Source: Methanotrichaceae archaeon
GTDB taxonomy: Archaea; Halobacteriota; Methanosarcinia; Methanotrichales; Methanotrichaceae
NCBI GenBank assembly: GCA_963748825.1
Contig: CAVVKN010000018.1
Coordinates: 32,001 to 96,000 of the forward strand
Length of the DNA stretch: 64,000 bases
Direction of reading: 5' to 3'
Every line of letters begins with the position of its first letter. The stretch's first letter is position 1. The position numbers and the translations under genes were made by a program. This document shows, piece by piece, positions 57,899 to 64,000 of this stretch. The notes under the pieces were generated by a model. The model was not told the origin of the DNA. It saw nothing but the letters and a program-made list of their open reading frames with translations, and did no database searches.

Positions 57899-59481
57899 GA
57901 TTTCACCTCTTCTGTTTTGACGCCTGCATCTTGTAGTGGCTTCGTATACTCTGCTCCAATCTCTCCCACGGTCATCGCCCTGGAGAGGGTAACATTTCTT
58001 TTGGTCATTTCCGCTATGGCGGCCCTGGCATTCTCGGTCACATCGCCCTCGCATACCACGATTGGCGCGCCTGTCATCTTGGCCGTCTGATAGGCCCTGA
58101 ATATGTCAGCTGGCCTGGATCCGGATAAGACCACCTCTGCAGTTCCATTCTGCCAGATTTCTGCGGCAAAGAGCCAGCACTCTTCGTAAAGGCTATTTCC
58201 ATCAATGCGCTTGATTTCGACTCCGTCCAATACTTTTTCGGCGTCTTTAGTGACGATGGATTGATTGCCCAAAATCACAATCCGGGAATAGTCCTGCAGC
58301 TTCTCCTGATCCATTTCACTTAATTTGCCCGGAGGAACGGTAATTATGTCGAAATAAGCAGTTCCATTGCTCAAGCTGCTTATAGATGCGATAGTGCTAT
58401 AGAGGAATTCATCTCCCGTCAAAATGGCATTGCCTTGCGGCAAGATCACTTTGATGGATGCTATCTCTTCCGGCATTGGAATGCCCTGGGAGTCCATGAG
58501 CCGGAAGACAAGCGGATAGTCGCCTGCAGTCGAAGCCAGCAGGGTGAAATTGGCTATGCCAGGGCTATGCGGGCTAACATCTACCGTCTGGGCTAAAGGT
58601 ATGACCATAAGCTCAGGAGGCGTTACTATTCCTACCATTACCTTCTCCTTAACATCCAGCATGATGTTGAAGGAGCCTTTGTAGGTCTTGTTGGTCACTA
58701 TTTTTTCCGGGACCTTGATTTCCACGTTGTAGCCCCGAACAGCCACGGCAAAATCAACCACCGCCTCAACAGAAGAATTTTTGGACTGGTTGCCCAAAGA
58801 TGTGGCTACGATTGAAAGATTGCCTTTCTTGCCGGGTTTGACTGTTTCCACTTGCAGCTTCATGGTATGGGTTGTGCCCGGGTCTAATGGCAAGTCGTAG
58901 GGAAAGTCGAGCGTTTTATCTCCATCCAGCAAGCTCACGCTCCACCCATCCGGCAGTGTCCCGGCGTCGATAGAGGCCACATCCCTAAAAGCGCCCAGGT
59001 TTTTAACAGCCAGATCGAATTGAGCGATATCTTCGGCATTGGCAGAAAGCTCAGCAGACTTGGCATCATCAATGGTCATGCCAATGCCATAGCTCTCCTG
59101 TCCGATGACAGTGAGAACGAAGTCTATTCTCATTGGCAGCGAGGGAGGTGCGCTGTCCAGTAAATATATAAATCCGGTGTAAGTTCCCGGTTTCGTCTCA
59201 GGAGGCAGGATAAAGTAGATCTTAATCTCTGCTTTATCCTGAGGCATGAGCGGTTTTTCTTCGGGCATGTCCAGAAATATGTAATCCCTGGCAGTTCCGC
59301 TCATCTCGGTTTTTGAGATCTTGAAGATTGTCGCATCTCCAATATTGGTTACCTTAAGCGTTCTCTCCTCCAGGTCACCGGAATGGAGCACAACATCAAA
59401 TCTTTCCTTGTCTGCTGTCAGCTGGGCGGAGCTGGCGGCAATCAGCAGGAATAGAATAATAATCGGGTATATCTGCCTCAT
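57895..59481 (-). CDS. Secreted Ig-like-domain surface protein
   Basis: Signal peptide MRQIYPIIILFLLIAASSA; beta-rich LKVTNIGD, VKNLG, LPDGWSV; co-oriented with the C25 gene. Confidence 0.72.
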   Translation of the reverse strand: MRQIYPIIILFLLIAASSAQLTADKERFDVVLHSGDLEERTLKVTNIGDATIFKISKTEMSGTARDYIFLDMPEEKPLMPQDKAEIKIYFILPPETKPGTYTGFIYLLDSAPPSLPMRIDFVLTVIGQESYGIGMTIDDAKSAELSANAEDIAQFDLAVKNLGAFRDVASIDAGTLPDGWSVSLLDGDKTLDFPYDLPLDPGTTHTMKLQVETVKPGKKGNLSIVATSLGNQSKNSSVEAVVDFAVAVRGYNVEIKVPEKIVTNKTYKGSFNIMLDVKEKVMVGIVTPPELMVIPLAQTVDVSPHSPGIANFTLLASTAGDYPLVFRLMDSQGIPMPEEIASIKVILPQGNAILTGDEFLYSTIASISSLSNGTAYFDIITVPPGKLSEMDQEKLQDYSRIVILGNQSIVTKDAEKVLDGVEIKRIDGNSLYEECWLFAAEIWQNGTAEVVLSGSRPADIFRAYQTAKMTGAPIVVCEGDVTENARAAIAEMTKRNVTLSRAMTVGEIGAEYTKPLQDAGVKTEEVKS

Positions 59482-59640
59482 CTAACACCACACGATGGCA
59501 TACGCCGGATTTTACTACTGTAAGTATCCCACTACGTTCCCCATTTATAAATCCTCTCTCAAAGGAATAAATAATAAGCTTCTCCTCTCGACGGGCTAGT
59601 TTATATCTGTTATGCATCAGAACAACAGGTCGGTGTTTCC

Positions 59641-60132
59641 TTGGATCGAGAGAAAGCCTTTCTGGTGGCCACGCCCTTCAAGAAGCGTGGCAAGACAAGC
59701 CTGAAGATCAGCGACTTTATCTTTGCTCTATCCCTCGACCTGAAATGGGGGCCGCCGGAGAAGGTGCGCGCCCTCCTCCGGGAAGCGGAAGCTGAAGGCA
59801 TGGTTAAGATGGAAGGTGAGATGGTAAATGCGATCTTTGATGCTGCGGCAGTGGATGTTCCCCTGGGATTCAAGCCGTCCACGGAGGAGGGCATACTGGA
59901 TCAGGGAATAAGGCTCATCACCTCCCATACTGGCATGAGCCGAAAAGAGGTCATTGCTCTTGCCAATGAGAAACAGGATTCCCTGAAAAAGCTGGTGGAG
60001 CTGGACGGCGTGGTGCTGCTGATCGCCAGAGAGATGGGCATCGATGTCTGCGAACTGGCTACTATTGCCTACGAGAACCTGCTGGCTCGCGGCAAGGAAG
60101 AGAAGAGCATTTCAGCCCGTCCGGAATCGTAA
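59641..60132 (+). CDS. DUF2240 family protein
   Basis: VATPFK....L..SDFIFALSLDLKW.PPE...FD...VDVPLGFKP. Confidence 0.82.
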   Translation: MDREKAFLVATPFKKRGKTSLKISDFIFALSLDLKWGPPEKVRALLREAEAEGMVKMEGEMVNAIFDAAAVDVPLGFKPSTEEGILDQGIRLITSHTGMSRKEVIALANEKQDSLKKLVELDGVVLLIAREMGIDVCELATIAYENLLARGKEEKSISARPES

Positions 60133-60166
60133 GATTAATCTTCCATGGGGAAGGGACAGGGGATTT

Positions 60167-61516
60167 ATGACTCCCAGGGTTCTGTTCACAACCATTTATA
60201 GAAAGGGCTCCGAGCCTTATGACTACATCGGAGCCAATACCAGGTCATGGTTCAGATTCTACTGGCCGCGCATCCAATCCTTCGGCCTGAGATTTCTAAA
60301 GCAGAACATTCCCGAGCTGGAGATCCTGGAGTTTCCCACCTGGGATGAGTACCAGAAGAAGCTGCAAGAGGGCTGGGATGTAGTGGGGCTCTCCTTTTAC
60401 CTGAGCGAGACCCATGAAGCCATGGAGATGGTGGATGCGGCGCGCGCCGCTGGAGCCGGCGAGGTTTGGGCGGGGAACTATGGCGCGCTGACCACTGCGG
60501 TGCAGGACAGGTTCGATAGGATCTTCGTGGGCTACTCAGAGCGCGAGCTTGCCCCCTATTTCGGACGGCAGATCAAGGACATAATTCACCCTCCGCTCAT
60601 CGAGTATCTCAACACGCCCTTCAATATCAAGCTGAACATTTACGGAGTGCTGTTCACCACGCGCGGCTGCCCGGTAGGCTGCAAATTCTGCCAGACGCCG
60701 GTCTTCTGCAATAAGCCCAATATCATCTCGCTGCAAAGCATCGAACGAGTTTTGGCCTACTATAAAGAGCACGGAATCAATGTCGTTTTGATTGAGGATG
60801 AGAACTTCGGATGCAATCGCCGCCATGCCGATGCAGTCGTAGAGCTTTTGGACAAGTATCAGATGGTATGGGGATGCATGGCGCGGGCTGATTATCTGAG
60901 AACGAAGATCGATGACTGGGCGGATATGAGGAAGAAGAACGGCAGAAAGGTGTCCGGCTTTGGGGGGGCGGCCATCGGCATCGAGAACTTGCATCAAGAG
61001 CGCCTGGACCAGATGAAGAAGAAGGAAGGCACCGAGGACATTTTAGAGACGCTGCGCATGCTGCAAGCAAGAAATCTTGGCACCGTGGGTTATTACATGA
61101 TTGGCTTTGAGGAAGACACCAAGGAGTCGCTACGTGAGGACATAAAGAAGCTGGCGGCACTGAAACTGGACATAACCCAGATCTGCGTCATAACCCCTCT
61201 GCCCCAGACGCCCATGTGGACGGAGATCGAGGAGAAGTTCGGCATCTGGGATCACGACTATCATCACCACGACGGCAAGCACATGGTCTGGAATCATCCT
61301 CGCATCAAGCCCGAGGAGTTTCCGGGCATACTGGACTGGTCATTCAAGCAGGTCCATCCCTGGCATGCGCCTCTACGCACCTCGGCTAGGGTTTGGACCA
61401 ACGCCTATCGCTACGGTGGCTGGAACGGAGTGAAAGAGGTTGCCGGCTACATCAGCCGGGCCAACAAGTTCGACTGGAATGCGGGCCTTCGGCTGCTGGA
61501 AGTGAGTGAGAGTTAA
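60167..61516 (+). CDS. Radical SAM protein with B12-binding-like N-terminal domain
   Basis: TTRGCPVGCKFCQT, IEDENF, IGIE, YYMIGF, ITPLPQT. Confidence 0.85.
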   Translation: MTPRVLFTTIYRKGSEPYDYIGANTRSWFRFYWPRIQSFGLRFLKQNIPELEILEFPTWDEYQKKLQEGWDVVGLSFYLSETHEAMEMVDAARAAGAGEVWAGNYGALTTAVQDRFDRIFVGYSERELAPYFGRQIKDIIHPPLIEYLNTPFNIKLNIYGVLFTTRGCPVGCKFCQTPVFCNKPNIISLQSIERVLAYYKEHGINVVLIEDENFGCNRRHADAVVELLDKYQMVWGCMARADYLRTKIDDWADMRKKNGRKVSGFGGAAIGIENLHQERLDQMKKKEGTEDILETLRMLQARNLGTVGYYMIGFEEDTKESLREDIKKLAALKLDITQICVITPLPQTPMWTEIEEKFGIWDHDYHHHDGKHMVWNHPRIKPEEFPGILDWSFKQVHPWHAPLRTSARVWTNAYRYGGWNGVKEVAGYISRANKFDWNAGLRLLEVSES

Positions 61517-61531
61517 GGATGAAGGAAATCG

Positions 61532-62998
61532 ATGAAGATATTACTACTATCCTCTCCCGTAGTTCAGCTCGACTTTGACCGCATCGCTCGCGTGCCTAAC
61601 CTGGGCCTCGCTTCATTGGCGGCGCATGTAGATGATCTATGCACGGTTCATGTAGCTGATATCCACGGCCTGAAAAACCACCGGGAATATATGAGCAAGA
61701 TCGTAAACGGCTACGATCTGATTGGCCTGACCGCTATGAGCTTTCAGTATCATGAGGCCCTGGCCCTGGCAAAGATTGCCAAGCAGGCAGGCGCAGAGAC
61801 TGTTTTCGGCGGCTATCATCCCACGCTTGCGGCAGAAGAGATTGGCAATAGCACGGATGCTGCGCTCATCGACTACATTGTGCGCGGGGAAGGCGAGGCC
61901 ACCTTCCGAGTGTTGGTAGAGGCCCTGTTGGCCGGAAAAAGCCCTCGGGGCATACTGGGCCTCTCCTACCACGAGGGCGAAGGGATAGGGGAAGGAATGG
62001 TCCATAATCCCCCAAGACCTCTGCTCAAGGTGGAAGAGATCAAAATGCCCAAAAGGGATGCGCGCCTCATCACCAAGGGCTTTTACAGCTTTGATGTGCC
62101 CATCGACTGCGTGGAGACCAGCCGGGGCTGCACGCAGGGCTGTAAGTTCTGCTCCATCAATCTCATGTATGGTCGCCGCTTCCGGCGCTTTCCCATTGAA
62201 AGGGTGATCGAAGATATCCGGGACGCCGAAGCGCACGGGGCAGGCTCCATCTTCTTCCCGGACGACAACATCACCCTGGACCCTAAGAGGCTGGAGAGGC
62301 TCTGCCAGGCCATCATCGATGCCGGGCTTACTCATCTGCGCTACAAGACGCAGGCTTCCGCCTCGGGCATTGCATCGAGCAAGCAGTTAGTGGACAAGAT
62401 GGGCGAGGCAGGCTTTGATGGCGTCTTTTTGGGAGTGGAGAGCATCAACAAGAGGAACCTGGAGTTCCTGGGCAAGGGCAAGATGTCCAATGATGCCGAG
62501 AAAGCCGTGCAGTACCTGCATGATAATAATATTATTGTCTCTACAGGCCTGATCGGTGGAAATCCCGATGACGATGAGGAGGACCTGTGGGAGAACTTTA
62601 AGCTGGCACGCAGGCTCAAAGTTGACTTTCCCATCTTCTACATCTCCACGCCCTACCCCAAGACAGAGATGCGTGCAGAGCTGGAGGAGATGGGCTTGGT
62701 CACCAACAGCGACTTCACCAGGTACGACGGGCTGCATGCCAATTTAAAGACCAAGAACCTCTCCGAAGAAGAGGTGCAGTACATCACCTGGCAGATGAAC
62801 GCCCGCTACTACGATTTGGAATGGCTGCGGTACAACAAAGTCAAGCGCATCTATCCCAAGTGGTTTGCCCGCGAAATCCGAAGGCTGGCACCCTTTTACG
62901 CCAGGAGAAAGCTGGACCTGGCGCTGGGAAGGAGAACGCCGCGGGATTTCTTCCAGGAGGATCTGGCGAGCGGGGAGCTGTGCAAGGGAGTGACCTAG
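61532..62998 (+). CDS. Cobalamin-binding radical SAM protein (class B)
   Basis: PNLGLASLAA, VFGGYHPT, DYIVRGEGE, ETSRGCTQGCKFCS, FPDDN, TPYPKT. Confidence 0.9.
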   Translation: MKILLLSSPVVQLDFDRIARVPNLGLASLAAHVDDLCTVHVADIHGLKNHREYMSKIVNGYDLIGLTAMSFQYHEALALAKIAKQAGAETVFGGYHPTLAAEEIGNSTDAALIDYIVRGEGEATFRVLVEALLAGKSPRGILGLSYHEGEGIGEGMVHNPPRPLLKVEEIKMPKRDARLITKGFYSFDVPIDCVETSRGCTQGCKFCSINLMYGRRFRRFPIERVIEDIRDAEAHGAGSIFFPDDNITLDPKRLERLCQAIIDAGLTHLRYKTQASASGIASSKQLVDKMGEAGFDGVFLGVESINKRNLEFLGKGKMSNDAEKAVQYLHDNNIIVSTGLIGGNPDDDEEDLWENFKLARRLKVDFPIFYISTPYPKTEMRAELEEMGLVTNSDFTRYDGLHANLKTKNLSEEEVQYITWQMNARYYDLEWLRYNKVKRIYPKWFAREIRRLAPFYARRKLDLALGRRTPRDFFQEDLASGELCKGVT

Positions 62999-63044
62999 TC
63001 AGAAGCAATAATTATTTACATAAGGCAGTTGTATTATCTGATAG

Positions 63045-63239
63045 ATGAAAACGAAAACCCGTGCGGTATTCGAAGATGGTATTTTAAGACCCTTAGAACG
63101 ACTTAATTTGAAACAGGGCGAAGTGGTAGAAATAGAGATCTCCAATGCAGTTCGTAGATCTAAAGGCATCATAAAGATCGATGCAAAGCTGGGAAGAGAA
63201 ATAGCAGAAAGCGATGAGTTTTCCTGCCTGGAAAGTTAG
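63045..63239 (+). CDS. DUF104/AF2212-like antitoxin
   Basis: RAVFEDGILRPLERLNLKQGEVVEIEI; adjacent to a PIN gene. Confidence 0.85.
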   Translation: MKTKTRAVFEDGILRPLERLNLKQGEVVEIEISNAVRRSKGIIKIDAKLGREIAESDEFSCLES

Positions 63240-63731
63240 ATGCTAGATACTATCCTTCCCGGAAGCAAAATCTTTATTGATTCAAATATAATGATCTATC
63301 ATTTTCTTGATCTTTCAGAGAGCTGTTCAATTCTCCTCGAACGAGTCGAGCACGGTGAGGTTCAAGCTTATATTTCCACAGTTGTGCAGGCTGAGGTCTT
63401 GCATAGATTGATGATATCAGAAGCGGTGGATAAATTCGGGATCAAACCCAACCAGGCGGTAAGATATCTGAAGGAGCATCCTCGTGCCATTGCATCCTTG
63501 GATAAGTGCGAGATTGCCTTAGCAGATATCCTTGAGTTCAATATCGAGGTCATATGCATGGGAAGAGAAGCAATAATCAAGAGCCAGAATTTTAGAGAAT
63601 GCTACGGTTTAATGACCAATGACTCCTTGAACTTTTATGCGATGAAGAAAGAAGGGCTCAGAATAATTGCCACCAATGACAGAGATTTCGAGCGTATTGA
63701 TGGGATCGAGGTCTGGAGACCAAATGTTTGA
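63240..63731 (+). CDS. vapC: VapC/PIN toxin
   Basis: IFIDSNI, ISTVVQAEVLH, YGLMTNDSL, IATNDRDFERI. Confidence 0.88.
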   Translation: MLDTILPGSKIFIDSNIMIYHFLDLSESCSILLERVEHGEVQAYISTVVQAEVLHRLMISEAVDKFGIKPNQAVRYLKEHPRAIASLDKCEIALADILEFNIEVICMGREAIIKSQNFRECYGLMTNDSLNFYAMKKEGLRIIATNDRDFERIDGIEVWRPNV

Positions 63732-63770
63732 AATGCAGCTACTGGCGTACTTTAATGTCTCGGAGCTACC

Positions 63771-63977
63771 TCAATCTCCTCTCCACTCCTGGATCTTGTG
63801 TTGCAGTTCCACCGATGTGTACCGATCCTTTATGTCTTCCAAAGCTCCTCTCCAATCCAGCTTCAAGCGGCCTTTTGGCTTTCTGCCTCGTTTCTCCATC
63901 AGGAACTTTGCGAAATCGGCAACCTCTTGATGGAGATCAGGAGGAAGCTCTTTGATTACTTCTTCCGGCTCTGACAT
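63771..63977 (-). CDS. DUF2281 family protein (putative antitoxin)
   Basis: IKELPPDLHQEVADFAKFL..K...LKLDWRGAL....YTSVELQH. Confidence 0.82.
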   Translation of the reverse strand: MSEPEEVIKELPPDLHQEVADFAKFLMEKRGRKPKGRLKLDWRGALEDIKDRYTSVELQHKIQEWRGD

Positions 63978-64000
63978 GGAAATAACATCCTATCTGTGAA

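Noticed and set aside
57899-58054. N-terminal extension of the 1503-aa ORF
   Set aside because: Overlaps the upstream gene; the signal peptide begins at GTG 57898, coupled to the upstream stop.
1-64000. tRNA or rRNA genes
   Set aside because: No cloverleaf or rRNA-like segment recognised by eye; tRNAscan-SE and barrnap were not run.

Overview
Archaeal genomic DNA. The housekeeping genes (archaeal LeuRS, Hel308, NreA, AglJ-like glycosyltransferase, DUF2240) point to a methanogen, probably Methanothrix-like (inference). The window has three zones. (1) 1-26.3 kb: a co-oriented extracellular contractile injection system (eCIS, Afp/PVC-like) locus, cut by the left window edge. It encodes sheath, tube, DUF4255 cap, AAA+ ATPase, second tube protein, LysM, hub, spike, PAAR-like tip, gp25, two baseplate-J proteins, a tail protein and DUF6519. 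Embedded in it are three tandem DUF4157 proteins with a shared N-terminus and three unrelated C-termini (OmpA-like; His/Cys protease-like; His-rich nuclease-like). (2) 26.4-34.0 kb: an accessory island starting at an IS1-like transposase remnant. Toxin-antitoxin modules, an REase-SIR2 fusion and several pseudogenes are interleaved with six co-oriented, full or partial copies of a GC-rich, self-complementary repeat (up to about 350 bp). An inverted copy of the repeat's terminal motif closes the island next to the leuS 3' end. (3) 34-64 kb: mostly core genes (leuS with a 1-nt frameshift, dapL, hel308, TetR-ABC exporter with a shared operator, nreA, phosphohexomutase, aglJ), secreted or surface proteins, a tandem radical SAM pair and a further VapBC module. 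No rRNA, tRNA or CRISPR array was seen. All family calls come from motif recognition by eye, not from database searches.
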